A stretch of DNA of 62,703 nt, counting the filler, from Rhabdomonas costata (taxonomy: Eukaryota), in the NCBI GenBank assembly GCA_019059605.1. It is 42 parts of 42 records of this genome, joined end to end, with 100 filler letters (N's around TTAATTAATTAA, not from the genome) between each part and the next. Parts side by side here need not be neighbours in the genome. Positions count along the whole stretch, not along the records: positions 23,934 to 25,329 come from JAHMHO010017176.1; positions 25,430 to 26,825 come from JAHMHO010017177.1; positions 26,926 to 28,319 come from JAHMHO010017178.1; positions 28,420 to 29,814 come from JAHMHO010017179.1; positions 29,915 to 31,310 come from JAHMHO010017180.1; positions 31,411 to 32,805 come from JAHMHO010017181.1; positions 32,906 to 34,300 come from JAHMHO010017182.1; positions 34,401 to 35,795 come from JAHMHO010017183.1; 34 more parts are not named here. One strand, written 5' to 3'. Below are positions 23,934 through 36,862 of the stretch, piece after piece. How positions within the stretch are numbered: position 1 is the stretch's first letter; each line of letters starts with the position of its first letter. The notes beneath the pieces were generated by a model, which saw nothing but the letters and a program-made list of their open reading frames with translations, did no database searches and had not been told where the DNA came from. The translations under genes were made by a program, and so were the position numbers.

Positions 23934-24676
23934 GACATGCGGAGGTTGTGGCGCTGCTGTGCGAGCGCGGGGCGCCCGTTGACTGTGTGGACACGCAGGG
24001 GCGCACTCCGCTGTACCTCGCGGCGAGGTACGGGCATACCGCGGCCGCTGCGGAGCTTTGCCGGCACCGTGCAGATGTCAGCCTGGCGCAGAAGGATGGG
24101 TATGTACCTTTGCACACGGCCTGCCAGATTGGTCACCGCGACACTGCGGAGCTGCTGCTGCACTGTCAGGCCGACGTCAACGTTGCTGCAAAAGACGGGG
24201 CGACTTCTCTTTACGTGGCCTGTCAGGATGGCCATCGCGACACTGCAGAGCTCCTGCTGTGCAGTGGGGCCGACGTCAACAAAGCAAGGCACACTGGTGC
24301 CACCCCTCTGTACATTGCGTGCATGAATGGCCACCGCGACACGGCAGAGCTGCTGCTGCAAAGTCACGCTGATGTCAACAAGGCGAGAAACGATGGGTGC
24401 ACGCCTCTTCTCATCGCCTGCCAGAAAGGCCACCGCGACACGGCGGAGCTGCTGCTGCATCACCATGCCAACATCAACACTGCAATGGATGATGGAGACA
24501 CTCCTCTTATTGTTGCTGCGGCCAAGGGGCACGGTGAGGTTGTGGCGTTGTTAGTGGAGCACGGGGCGGACCTAACTGTGGAGTCTAATGGGGCGGACGC
24601 GGAGTGTGCACGGCGGGAGGGGTACGGCGCGGTACTGCAGCTGCTGCAAAAGCTGTCGCAGGCGAAGCCGAAATAA
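23934..24676 (+). CDS. Ankyrin-repeat protein, C-terminal part (6 full repeats plus partial ones), intronless here
   Basis: 33-aa repeats GxTPLxxACxxGHRDTAELLLxxxADVN; stop at 24674-24676. Confidence 0.95.
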
Positions 24677-25029
24677 GTGGCATGGACATACAAAGTTTTG
24701 CAAAAGCAAAGATGATAGGGGATAGAGGTTGCATGGATATGCTCATTGCATGGAAGATGACGTGGCTCAGGTGTTTCATGTGGTTCCTATGTTGTTTGTG
24801 CGGCCACGGTGGACTGTGTCGTTGCTGTTTCTTGCGATGTCACGTTTATCAGGTCGTCCGAGGAAGCGGCGAGTTGTGAATACAGGCACAGTGCTAAATA
24901 AAGGGTGATCGCCGCTCACGGTGTTCAATGGGAGAAGGATCCGGGGGGCGCTGACAGTTTCGGTATATGTAATTTCTGCATGTTCCTGCCTGGAAGACCC
25001 CCTGGAAGCCCAAATATGACCGCACCCCA

Positions 25030-25190
25030 ACACCTAACACCCAACACCTGCAGGGGAGCTAAGGCTGCACTGAGCGAGTCGGAGAAACGCCGCTGTAATA
25101 CCTTTGAGGTGAGACGTCGAAGCACCTCGCCCACGGCCACCGGTCTCGAGCCGCCCGCAGGTTTCAGGAGTGGAAACAACTTCGCAGCTT
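25030..25190 (-). mobile_element. Reverse-transcriptase fragment of a CRE/SLACS-clade non-LTR retrotransposon
   Basis: AAKLFPLLKPAGGSRPVAVGEVLRRLTSKVLQRRFSDSLSAALAPLQ matches the KxxGGxRPxAVGExLRRL..K......LxPxQ motif; isolated and degenerate. Confidence 0.8.
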
Positions 25191-25429
25191 AACCCCATGC
25201 TTTCCGTCTCCACTCTCCTGGGCTGACTTGTTTCACCATCTCTATTTCTCTGCAGTTTGAATGCATGACCAATTTTGGCTGATTAGTGTGAAGTGGTGGA
25301 TTCTGACCCCAAAACCCACCCAACCACAANNNNNNNNNNNNNNNNNNNNNNNNNNNNNNNNNNNNNNNNNNNNTTAATTAATTAANNNNNNNNNNNNNNN
25401 NNNNNNNNNNNNNNNNNNNNNNNNNNNNN

Positions 25430-25735
25430 TTTTGTTGGGGGGGGTTGGGAACAAACCGCCTCGGCAAGCCCATCGATTGAGGAGTACGAGGAGACAGATG
25501 TCAATGCCCCAGCATTGAAGACAGCAAGGTCCCGGTCGTGCCCAATATGGATCCCAGCGACGCACTCTGAACTGGAAGCGTTGCCGTAGGCATGACCCAC
25601 ATCATACATGCTAGGGAGCTCTTCAGGAACCGTAGCCTTTGACGATCGGGAATGTCGCGAAAAGGTGCCACGGGAGCTCGACATACAATTGACAGCCGAA
25701 AAGCAGGCAAGTAGAAGAAGCACTAGGCAATCCAT
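25430..25735 (-). CDS. N-terminus of a secreted or membrane protein
   Basis: MDCLVLLLLACFSAVNC signal-peptide-like start; frame open to the contig edge. Confidence 0.5.
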
Positions 25736-27414
25736 CACAGACCACTGCGACAACACCCCAAATCGCGAGAGACTGAGACAGACAAAGAAATGAGCGCCGA
25801 GGGATGGTTGCCTGTCGTGGTTCCGTGTGCCGTCGAAAGCATCAGTCTGTACTTTATATTCACCGAAGAGCGACACCCCACAATCTTTCTGCGCAGGAAC
25901 CAATATTTTCTTTGACTGGTAGTTCGGTGCCCGGTTGACTCGACTGGATGTATTTCCGGTATTCAGCGAGAAAAAATTATCGAGGGCCGCAGAATCGAAG
26001 CTGGCGCGGAAACAAGGGCGCAGAAACAAGATCTCAAGGACTTGACAACCACATCGTAAATTGAAATCAAAGTGTAAATCAACGGACGCCGGGAGCCTTT
26101 GCCTCCACGGAGGTCCCAATTAGCAGATAAGAAAATGGAGCGCCAATATCATCGCAGAGAGGTTGGGGGAATATCATATCAGTTTGTGACGATTGGTCTC
26201 CTCATCCCACCACTACGATTCAACCAACCCCACACAGGAATCGACAGTTCCAACCACTAAGGAAATGTAGCAACAACCAAGCCGTGACCCAATGGCACGC
26301 GACCCCGGAAGTACCACAATTTCTCCCATCTGCAGTTCTCAATCGGAAACATTGATTCAAGCCGCGAGTGGAGTGGCAGACATTTAGACGTGCCATGCTA
26401 CCCTCGGTCTCATCCCCCAAGCTCAGATGAGAGAGCACAGCAAGGCAGCGTCAGCACTTCGCCCTGTTCACAGCCACTGAGTCCAACAAACATGCAAAGG
26501 TCACAAAGCACGAGTACACGCGCCACTCCAAAATCAGTCAGTCATCCATCACGTTTTGATGGTCAAAAGACAAGACCATGTGTGCACATCGCACGACTGT
26601 GTGCAAATGTGTGAAGCATTGTGAGGCACTGGCAAGACACACTTTCCCCACACGCCACTCCAACCAACACGCACACCCATACTCACGGGCCGAAACAGAG
26701 GGAGCAACTAACTCTCGCCCAACAAAAACATCAGGCAAGCTGCCTTCACCCCTCAATTATTTTGCGCTGTCTTGCAGCCCAACAGCAACATTCCTTTTGC
26801 AATGCTGATCCCCACAGACTGCATCNNNNNNNNNNNNNNNNNNNNNNNNNNNNNNNNNNNNNNNNNNNNTTAATTAATTAANNNNNNNNNNNNNNNNNNN
26901 NNNNNNNNNNNNNNNNNNNNNNNNNGCACGGGAGAGCATCAGAAGAGGAACGGAATTGAGCAAAGAAAAACATAAACGAAAGGAGAGGGACGGTTGCACT
27001 GCTAAAGCAAACACAGCAGACAGACATTTACATTTGAGATCTACGGGGAGGAGAGCGGGCCGGGAGGGTTGGTGGGGGAGAATCACAGCTCGAGTTCCGC
27101 CGGCACCACTGTGCTGGCGAGCTGCCGCCCGACCGCTTTGTAGCTCGCAGCACGTCATTGGTTGCCTACCTCGCCAGAAAGTTCCCACTCGCAAGGATCT
27201 ATCCCAGAGGAAGGCATACCCCTTGCTGACGACATTTTGCAGGGATTGTCCAAAGTCCCGAAGTGTTGCGCCCCAGGCGACATTTATCGCGGCAGTGCTT
27301 GCACGAGAAAAGGGAGAGTGGCGTCCTAATGCGTAAACTAGTGCCCAGACGCGCTTCCTCTGCTCCGTGTGTCCACATGTGTTGCACTATTTCCTGTTTT
27401 CCCGCGGTTTGCAG

Positions 27415-28028
27415 GTCAGTGCGATCTCGTCCCACGCACAACCACTCTCCCGTCTCTTCCCCAAGTCTGAGCCCCGTCAAGGAACCTTTTTCCCTTGACC
27501 AAACTGCTGTGGAAGTCAGGTACGAAATCTGAACACATGAATGTGTTAGCTGTTTGACCAAGAATGCTTTTCGCTTCCACCCGCAAAAAGAAACAGTCAC
27601 GACTGCAACGTGGAAATTTCGGAACAGGATGAATTTCGTGTCACGGGTGCCTGGTTCATTTTCGGACCACTTGATTTTCGGAGCGCTCCGACCCCCCTCG
27701 GCTCGAGAAGCATGAGCCCCGCACAGGATTCAGCAGCGTTGTAAGGACAACGTTTTCTGGAGAGCACAAATGAGCACAACCGCGCACTCAAATGCAGACA
27801 CAGAGACAGGTGCGCTCAGAGAGGAGGATGGGAAACTGGACCAAGAGCCTTGGGCCCAAATCACGCTGAATGCAGATGTCCGCATCGGTGCACAAAATGC
27901 CTATCCACCACATCTTGAGCTCGTCAGGGCGAGCGCTGTCGATAGCGCTTTTGCGACCCAATCCATGTTGAGTTCTTTCACCCGGGTTCCACGAACTTTT
28001 CGTTTTGTGCTTGAAAATCCACAGGAAG
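27415..28028 (+). CDS. Two probable exons (~27415-27519, ~27798-28028) of an unknown protein
   Basis: CAG/GT bounded segments; second reads TETGALREEDGKLDQEPWAQITLNADVRIG...FVLENPQE. Confidence 0.4.
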
Positions 28029-28419
28029 GTGTTTCCTTGTCTTTGTCCCCACGCTTTACGAATTGATTCTGGCGCTGAAGAGACTGTGCCCATTCATCCG
28101 TATCGCGTAGGTCTGGGACAAACACTGGGGAAAAACCCACGCCCGCACCCTTCAGTACTGTGCCGTTGACAATCCGGCATTGTCGCAAACCTGAAGTTAG
28201 CGCGAGTCTCTTACTGCTTTTCCTGCCCTTTCAGCCCTCATTAGAATTTTGTCGTGCACCTCACCTCCTTCCCACCCAACCTCCCATATTTTGTCTCATC
28301 GCCCGTCAAAAAGGACTGANNNNNNNNNNNNNNNNNNNNNNNNNNNNNNNNNNNNNNNNNNNNTTAATTAATTAANNNNNNNNNNNNNNNNNNNNNNNNN
28401 NNNNNNNNNNNNNNNNNNN

Positions 28420-28853
28420 GAGAGGAAGAGCCGTCAAGAGTCACGGATGGGTCCGGCTTGAGGGAAGCCACACAGCGTTTCGGGATATAAATAGAATAAT
28501 CCTGTACTTCGCCTTTTTCATTTCGAGTTTTACTATTTAACATCGTTCTGTAATCAATGCTCATCAAGGAAGCGAAGCAGCGCAACATGCTTGATTTTGG
28601 GCAGCACGCGGCCGAGAGCCTCCTTTCGTGGTGATACAGGTGGAGGGGTTATTCTATGTGGGTGCCGTCGATAAATCTGCTGCGATAAGGAAAGAAGCGG
28701 CATAAGCTCAGAAAAGGAAAGAAAAGGAGAGGAAGAGCCGTCAAGAGTCACGGATGGGTCCGGCTTGAGGGAAGCCACACAGCGTTTCGGGATATAAATA
28801 GAATAATCCTGTACTTCGCCTTTTTCATTTCGAGTTTTACTATTTAACATCGT
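28420..28853. repeat. Exact 127-bp direct repeat (28420-28546 and 28727-28853), 307-bp period
   Basis: Identical copies; the first begins exactly at the contig edge. Confidence 0.9.
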
Positions 28854-29914
28854 GTCATCTGCACGTTCCAGCCGATATCGGAACTCTCACATGATACAAT
28901 TCATCCTCCAGTTCTGCTCTTGCTGTTCATCATTGCTAAATCGTTTTCCTTCCATCCAAGCTGTGAATATTATGCTGTGGACAACTGTGCGAAGGTTGTA
29001 ATTCAGTTCCCCAAACAAAACGTCTGCTTTGGCCTTTGCGCTAATTTCTTCCATTGTTTTCACCATCCCCACTCTGTCAGGGGGGTTTCTTTTGCTATCA
29101 GACCGCCTCCAGCTCAACCAGTCCCTCTTCGTTTGCCCGAATGACACGGTATGCACCGCTTGGGAAGGAAATGGTCATCTCTGAAAGCTCATGAACCCCG
29201 TGCAACTTGGAGTTCAAGAAATCAAAGAAGTTCTGAAAGGGTCATTTCTGAGAACAATTATTCATTCATGCCTTCAGTGACAGAGAGCGAGCCACTCCGA
29301 GCACATGAAGAGAGACCAAAGGCAACCACTACTGACAAACCTCTGCGGAACGCCACACAGTCTATCGCATCGCCAGGCAGCAGCGACAGCAGAATTTGGC
29401 TCTGTAGGGGCTCATCCCTTTCGTCCATTTCGATCTGTTCGGCCCGTTGACACCCTTGAACGTCAGAGTCAAAGAGGGGCTTCAAATTTCGGCTACCGGA
29501 GGCGCTCCCTTTGCAGTCTATCCCTGTTTTCTGCAGGGCAGCAAGGCAACGCGCCAAAAGCGATGCCGCAAACAGCGACCCCGGGCGCGCTGTTCAGAGA
29601 ATCTTGGCTGACAGCTTCCGGTTTGCCGTGCAACGAACTAATCATTTTGTTTGCCATAAATAATGAGTTTTGATGAGAAGCGAATTTGATGTCGTGGTTC
29701 CCGTGCGTCTGTGGCTGCTCTTCAGGCCAACGTGCTGTCGCATTCCTGAATATTGTGTGCCTTTCTCGTTAACATCGTTCCGTTCGAAAAACACATTTTT
29801 ATGGCAAACAAAACNNNNNNNNNNNNNNNNNNNNNNNNNNNNNNNNNNNNNNNNNNNNTTAATTAATTAANNNNNNNNNNNNNNNNNNNNNNNNNNNNNN
29901 NNNNNNNNNNNNNN

Positions 29915-30142
29915 GGAGGCGGCCTGAAGGTCACCCACTACTCTGTACGTCGAAGTGATCAGTACGGCAGCCACCGACGCCGCGGTCACGACAACAATCA
30001 TTGCGAAGCAAAGAATGATGCACATCCGGATAGAGAGGAGCCTTGGAGGTCGCTCAAGGGAGGAAGTGCTGCTCAGGTTGGGCACGCGGTTTATGACGGC
30101 AGATCGGGGACTGCGGAGACTGGGATCGAGGACGGGTTGCAT
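29915..30142 (-). CDS. N-terminal exon of a receptor-like membrane protein (first TM helix)
   Basis: MQPVLD...LLSIRMCIILCFAMIVVVTAASVAAVLITSTYRVVGDLQ; open to the contig edge. Confidence 0.55.
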
Positions 30143-31138
30143 ACTTTTTATTGAACGCGAGGAAAAGACACAAAAAAAATACAAGTAAAGTCTGAAACTG
30201 TCAGAAAATACTCTATTCTATATTATTATTAAATCAAACGGAGGAACCGGAAGGCAAGTTTGAGCGATCTGACGAAATTAGCGGCGGGAACAAATTTGAC
30301 AGGACATCTTATGAAAAGGAGACGAAAAGGCTCGAAAGTGCATAGACAGTCTATAACAGAACTTATCGTACTGGACAAAGTGCAAGGTCACCGATCACAA
30401 GCGGCTCGAGACAGAGGGGACCGCGGCCGTGCCTGGTGCCAGAGCGCTGAAAACCTGAACCCTACGGGCCCGCCAGAAAGCTTAAGCTCCCCAAGTTGCA
30501 CAAGTGGAGAAGTGAAGTGTGATTAATGGATCAACGATGTAACGAAATACTTTCACCTGAATGCACCCTATGGGCCCTAGAAAGACGCCCGAGGCACCAC
30601 ATTACACGCCAATGTGTGTAATGACAGTAGTCGCAAAGACGAGGATTCTGATGATGAGTGAGTCTGCCGTCGTCTTTTTGGACCGGCGGGCACGCCCAGT
30701 TCCTGGCTCTGAGGGTGTTGGGGTTGTTTCAAAAGTTGTACCAGATGACACGGTACAACTTCCGAAAGGTAACCCCTTCAGCTAATGTGAGAAATTGATG
30801 GTGCACCGGCCCCTGTGGAGCCCGAGGAGGCCCGCTCGGAAGTTTCGGGGGGAGAGCAGCACCCGGCCCACCGCAAAGGGAGAGAAGGCTGCCTTGCCAC
30901 ACCAGCCACGCACCTCGTCGGATTAATGCACCGACATACCTCCATATTTGAGTGCTTGTACAGGCATCTCGGTTTTCTTCTGTCACAAGTCTTTACGAAG
31001 TCTCCTAGGACACATTTCTGTCAGGTGTAACTGAGCAGAAATACAGCATGGCGGTCACGTGGCCAGTAGAACCCCATCCACGGGCTGGTAAAATGTGCAG
31101 TGCATCGGCTGCTTCATCGCGTGAGAGCAGGATAGGTA

Positions 31139-31303
31139 GGTGGTAGCACACCATCACATTATCCGTGTCGAATTGGATATTGGGGAACGAACAGGACAAG
31201 AGCACAAATACACTTATTTGAGATAAAAACGCATCAGCTGTTGGCAAAAGCGCTACCCGTGTACATAAATTCGACACGGATAATGTGATGGTGTGCTACC
31301 ACC
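31139..31303. repeat. Contig-terminal fold-back inverted repeat (36-bp arms)
   Basis: 31139-31174 is the reverse complement of 31268-31303. Confidence 0.85.
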
Positions 31304-31983
31304 ACCAACCNNNNNNNNNNNNNNNNNNNNNNNNNNNNNNNNNNNNNNNNNNNNTTAATTAATTAANNNNNNNNNNNNNNNNNNNNNNNNNNNNNNNNNN
31401 NNNNNNNNNNGGTGGGGGGGTTAACTAGGCTTACTAAAACTACAGAGCAGTTTGCAGAGGAGCCTTCTGCGGGAGTCCGAAAGACGGGGAAAAACAGCGT
31501 TCGAAAGGCAACAGCGAGGCTCCACAAGGCTCACAACGGCAATGCTCAGTGTCCAGCGGAAAGAAACAAGGTAGGACAGCGGAGGTCAGAGCGAAGAGAG
31601 GAGAAATAGCAATGCAACGCGGCAGAAGGAAAGTGTGATACATGAAGTGTACGGAACAAAACACAATGATGCACCTCCAAAAGATCAGTGCTGGGAGTAT
31701 GTGAGATAGAAGCGAAGACAGCGGTTGAAAACCCAACGTGTTTCCATCGAAAAAAAGGTCCAGCATCCGGTGTACGGCGAAAGTATCACCCGTCCAGTGA
31801 CCAAGCACAAAGGATGCTTTTGGTGCATACAACACCAAGCAGGCCATTGAACCCCTGGAACTTGACACATCCGAAAGCAGCTGCTAATTGCATTAACAAA
31901 CGGTATGTGGGCAGCGGAGGAGAGGAAAATATAAAATCGCAGCAGAAGCCCACAGAGTAAATGAAGAAGAAAAAGGGAACTAC

Positions 31984-32503
31984 CTGAGGTACTCGAGGAA
32001 AAGCGGCTTTCGCCGAAACCTCGGCCAGCACCAGCACCCACCGAAGACACTGCCTGTATGCCCCCTCCCACACAAACGCACACACTCCACTCGGCGCTCC
32101 TGGAATCACTCTTCTTTACCCTTCGTTTTATTCGACCGCACAGTATTGCATTCTGGGTCAGAATAGATCGGCAGTGCGGCCTGGAAAAAAATGCTGGGCA
32201 ATCTCACTGTTGCTCAGGTGATATCAGCGCCTACTCCCAGGGCACTCGATTGAAAAACTAGGGGAACATCGCATCCAAAAGGAAGCGCGGTGGGGTGTGA
32301 TAGAATGTTGCAACACTTTAAAGGCAAAGGTCTGGCTGGGAAGAGAAGGAAAGGTAGGACCTTTTGGAGCTCGCCCACGCAGGTCAGGAGGTGGTTTCTG
32401 GTGCGGATGCTGGACACGCCCAGTCTGGAAGCCTCTGCTGGGCCCAAACGCAGCAGGGCAGGGCCGTCCACCCCGTGGCGTAAGAAGACCGCCTGGCATT
32501 CCC
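31984..32503 (-). CDS. SAM (sterile alpha motif) domain protein, exons 32361-32503 and 31984-32053
   Basis: ECQAVFLRHGVDGPALLRLGPAEASRLGVSSIRTRNHLLTCVGEL matches the SAM consensus F....IDG..LL.L.....LG......R..L; GT-AG bounded. Confidence 0.75.
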
Positions 32504-35287
32504 CTGGAGCAGCGAACCAACCACCCTCCTTCCCCCTCTTATCACAACGAAACACAAGCTTAGGCCCAAGCTTTGAACCTCAGGGAGCACGTAGAGAAGC
32601 CAACCATTTCAGCACATCCAGATATATTTTTTTACATTAAGTTCGGGCACCGACGGCCCTTTTTATTCACTTGATTTATTTGCTTAATTTCGGAGTTGCA
32701 CAGTTCCTGTAGCCACAGTAGCACAGTAGCCATAGTAGTTCCACAGTACCACACGTTAGAATAAGGATCATCGTTAATGAACAATATCAAAGGCCAACAA
32801 ATACANNNNNNNNNNNNNNNNNNNNNNNNNNNNNNNNNNNNNNNNNNNNTTAATTAATTAANNNNNNNNNNNNNNNNNNNNNNNNNNNNNNNNNNNNNNN
32901 NNNNNAACCTGCAAGTAACTCCCCAAAAAACCATAGGACCTGGTCACTTTCAGTTGGAGGTAACCTAAAACAGTGGTGGTAGAAGCACAGCAGCTTATTG
33001 AAATCGGGTTGGGCTGCCCACGACGCTCTTCGGCCCAAGATGCCCCGGACGAAGCTTGAGGGAAAATGTAAATACAGAAGGGAATTCCAGCCGACAGGTG
33101 CAATGCTACTCCACCCCCCTTCAATCCTGCATACAACCAGAACACCATTCCACAAAACATACCTCAACTACAACTACCTGTGATGTATGCGACTCCCATA
33201 GGGCCAACGGGCCTGTCCCGTTTACTTGGTTTCCAATATAAACTTAAGGTCCCATAAGTTTACCCCACATGTGTGATTCAGTCCAAGTGCTTCCAAGTGA
33301 TTCGTAGTGCTTTTTTTCGATTATTTCTTATACTCAGCCATTACTTCCCATTGTTATCAAAAAGAGGCAAGCCCAAAAAGGTCCGCATTTAGCTAACCAT
33401 AATTTTGGTGGTATAGGCATGACTCCTTCCAGAACTAAGTGACCAGTCCCCCTTGTGACCCGCTCGCCAGCAAGTTTTCCTCGTTCCGAGGGTGAACCAA
33501 CCGCGCAACCACCCTGTGGCAGACGTCAACCATGTCGGCCAGGAAGGGTGGCGGGGACAGAGCCCTCTAAACTTTCGCACATCATTCCCTTTTCACCTTG
33601 AGCTCGATCCACCTACCCCACCACAACCAGAGAGTGTGGGAAAAAGAAAGAAGCAAAGCAACCACAAAAATAAAGAGGAGAAGAGCCCCTCGCAGACGTT
33701 CTCTCGTATCTTCCATGCATTTACCCTCCCTCGTCATGATGAAGGAGAAAGATGGAGTAGAAGCAACCCAACAAAAACCCGGAAAGCTCTCTAAGTAAAA
33801 GAGGGGAGGCCAGTGCCTCGCAGAGTTTCCCTCCCCAAGCGGAACCGTAGAAAAGGAGGGGAAACGGAAAGGTAGTGCCCACGCAATGTATCTTTCGGTA
33901 TTCCGATGGAGCCACCCTCCCTCACTAAGATGAAGGACCGCAGGTGGGGCACAAAAATTTCCACAAAACCACACAAAAGAGAGAGGGGACCAATGACTTC
34001 GCATAGTTTCCCTCACAACGCAGCAGAGTTGAAGTAGAAATAAAACACAAGTACGGTACAGGATGAAAAAGAAAAGGCAGCGCCCTGCCTGGGTATCTCG
34101 ACGAAGAGAGTGCGACCAAAAAGGCTGGCTGGTGTGCACCACTTTCAAAGTTCCAGAACACACCCCAGGGCTTGCTGCACGGGAGGTGTGCTCTGGGGAG
34201 AGGTGCTGTGAAAGAATATCTCAGAACTAAAAAGAAATACGCTCAAACCACCCACCCTTCTCCAAAAGAAAAGCCTTCTCCAGGGCTGGATTGCGAAGAT
34301 NNNNNNNNNNNNNNNNNNNNNNNNNNNNNNNNNNNNNNNNNNNNTTAATTAATTAANNNNNNNNNNNNNNNNNNNNNNNNNNNNNNNNNNNNNNNNNNNN
34401 TTGGTTTTGTGGGAAACCGTTATTCTCCACTTTTCATTTTCCAACCAGAGTCACCTGCACGTGCAAGCCCCCGTGCCATTGACCCCGTCGCTGCATGTGA
34501 AGCAGGCCGTGGAAGAAGCACAGGGAGTGCTGCATGCCCAGCCGTAGTACCGCGCCGTGCAATCCGAGCACCCGTTGGCCGAGTCCTAAGCCCCGGAAAA
34601 AGGCACAACATCAGCTACAGCCAGCGAACTGAGAACAAGTAAAGCATTGGTTCGACGAAGCAAACACGCAAACAAAGAAAACCGATGCTAAGGGCCAGCA
34701 TACAACCTGTTGAAGAAAAGAGACTTGAATGCCGAGTAATGAGACGTGCACTGTGACGCTCAAAACTCAGGTTCAGTGTATCCGACCCCAAGGGGACAGA
34801 AGGTGCTAAGCCATATCAGGAGTTTCCGAGTTTGGTGAGGACAGGTGGAACTCCGTAAATTACGAAAATCGTTGCGGACAGATCGCATCTGACCTGTGCT
34901 AGGACTCGCAGAAAGGAAACGGACAAGCACGAATCCCATGATCAAAAACCTCCACGAGCACCAAACAGGAGGAAATGTCTTATTAATACCAAAAACAATC
35001 AGATTGGGAGGCACTGGCACAAAAACCTAATCCCTCAACAAAGCGTGAAAGAAAATTATGTCTTTAACGGTGAAAACACAACCGTTTAACACCGGTAAAC
35101 CACAAAGGACTCAAAACGACGTTTAATATTCCCATATACAGGTAACTCTGATCATCTAAAAAAATCTGCAACATGGTCGCATTTCGGAATTGGGAAATGC
35201 ACATCTGACCTGTGCTCGGATTCTTGCATATGGATGAAGTTAAGGTTCCTGCATGAACCCCAAGGGTATGGCAATCCACGGGCACAC

Positions 35288-35515
35288 CCAGTGGCCGATG
35301 AGCGCGGGGCTAAAGCAGCTGCAGGACCCGTTGCCCAGCTCCCCGTCGAAGCACGACCCGCGGCCGTGGCACACCGCACCCGTGGACAGCCCGGGGCACG
35401 CGTTCGTACAGGAGGAGCCCCAATACCCTCTCTGGCAGCGGTCACACCGGGAGCCCATCCAGAACCCGCGGGTGGAGTCGGAGTAACACGTGCACTGCCC
35501 CGTGCCGGAAACACC
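35288..35515 (-). CDS. Exon with laminin/EGF-like Cys-rich repeats (surface protein)
   Basis: GVSGTGQCTCYSDSTRGFWMGSRCDRCQRGYWGSSCTNACPG...VCHGRGSCFDGELGNGSCSC; CAG/GT bounded, 228 nt. Confidence 0.85.
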
Positions 35516-36190
35516 CTGCGCAACCGGACATGCATGCGAACCAATGAACCTCAAACTTGAGCTTGCACTTCCCCTGGCCACGGCTATCTGGCTCCTCCAT
35601 CTCGCAGGTCTTCTTCTTCCTTTGTTTTGTAAAACCAACCGCGATGTGACTAAACAAAAATGTGCGGACCGAATTCACTCACCCGCTCACGACAGCCACT
35701 TGGCTACTCTGGTATTATATATTACTACGCCCCAGAGCCGGCACTCTCGTCATTGAGGTGCAGGAAACCCAAGGGGTGTGAACGCCCTCGTCAGCNNNNN
35801 NNNNNNNNNNNNNNNNNNNNNNNNNNNNNNNNNNNNNNNTTAATTAATTAANNNNNNNNNNNNNNNNNNNNNNNNNNNNNNNNNNNNNNNNNNNNGTTGG
35901 TGTGGTAAGAACAGGAAAGGTCATTCGGTATAGAAGAGGGTGGTGAGGACATCCCTTCTCAGAACTCACCACTCTTGCTCACAGCACACTACTCAGAGTG
36001 ATGCCTGATTGATTGCATGTACAAGGTCCCATTTTGAACCAGCGCGCAGTCAGTTGCCAGAATTGTTTCGAAATCAAATTTGGTTCATTTCAGCGCACAA
36101 CAGGTTGCCACCTGCACATAAGAGAGAGAGTCATTGGTCCAAACCCAACGCTCCAGAATCACTACCTGCTGTCATATCGTCATAGCCCAC

Positions 36191-36862
36191 CTTGAGCGTG
36201 TGCATGGTGAGCTCCAAGGAGAGCTCCTCAACAAGCTTGGCCAAGGGTTCGGGAAGGGCATCTACGCCAGCAGCGGAAAAAATAGTACACAACAAAAAGG
36301 TTGACCCTTAGCTCAGCAAACTCTCTAAAGCCCCCGGTCGTTCTCGAAGCCAAGGTGTCCACTGGAAACAACATCCGACGCACGACTTTGAGGCCTTCAC
36401 CTTTTTGTTTTGTTTTGTTTTGTTTTGTTTTGTTTTGTTTTGTTTTGTTTTGTTTTGTTTTGTTTTGTTTCGGGACGGCTGTATTTAAATCTGGTTTTAC
36501 CTATATCTGTATCCTCGTTCGTTTCAAACACACGAGAGGTTGCGCAGTGCTACCAAACAAAAGTCCACTCTACAACTCGTTCGTTTCAAACAATTTGGGT
36601 GAGAAATGGCATAAACGTGTAGATTGGTAAGATCGGCTTTCAATGGCCAACAGCTACTGGCTCAAAAAATAGTCCAGGGGGACACACCAAGTTTAACAGC
36701 CTCGTCGAGCAGAAGCAGCCGCGCAGCTTCCGGTGCGACCGGGTCGTGGATTAGGGAATGCAGTCTCCCCCGGTTCAGCCGAAACCTGAATGGCCCGTTT
36801 GAAGAGAGAAGGTACTTATAGAGAAAACGAACCCGACTTGTCAATTCTGCCTCATCCACCAC
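36191..36862 (-). CDS. Probable exons of an unknown protein
   Basis: VDEAELTSRVRFLYKYLLSSNGPFRFRL...EAVKL|GT and ...ALPEPLAKLVEELSLELTMHTLK|GT; boundaries approximate. Confidence 0.4.
36403..36470. repeat. (TTTTG)n microsatellite
   Basis: About 13 tandem pentamers. Confidence 0.92.

Noticed and set aside
29671-29750. TGATGA...CTGA box C/D snoRNA-like spacing (also ATGATGA at 20058)
   Set aside because: No terminal stem or recognisable rRNA guide; expected by chance
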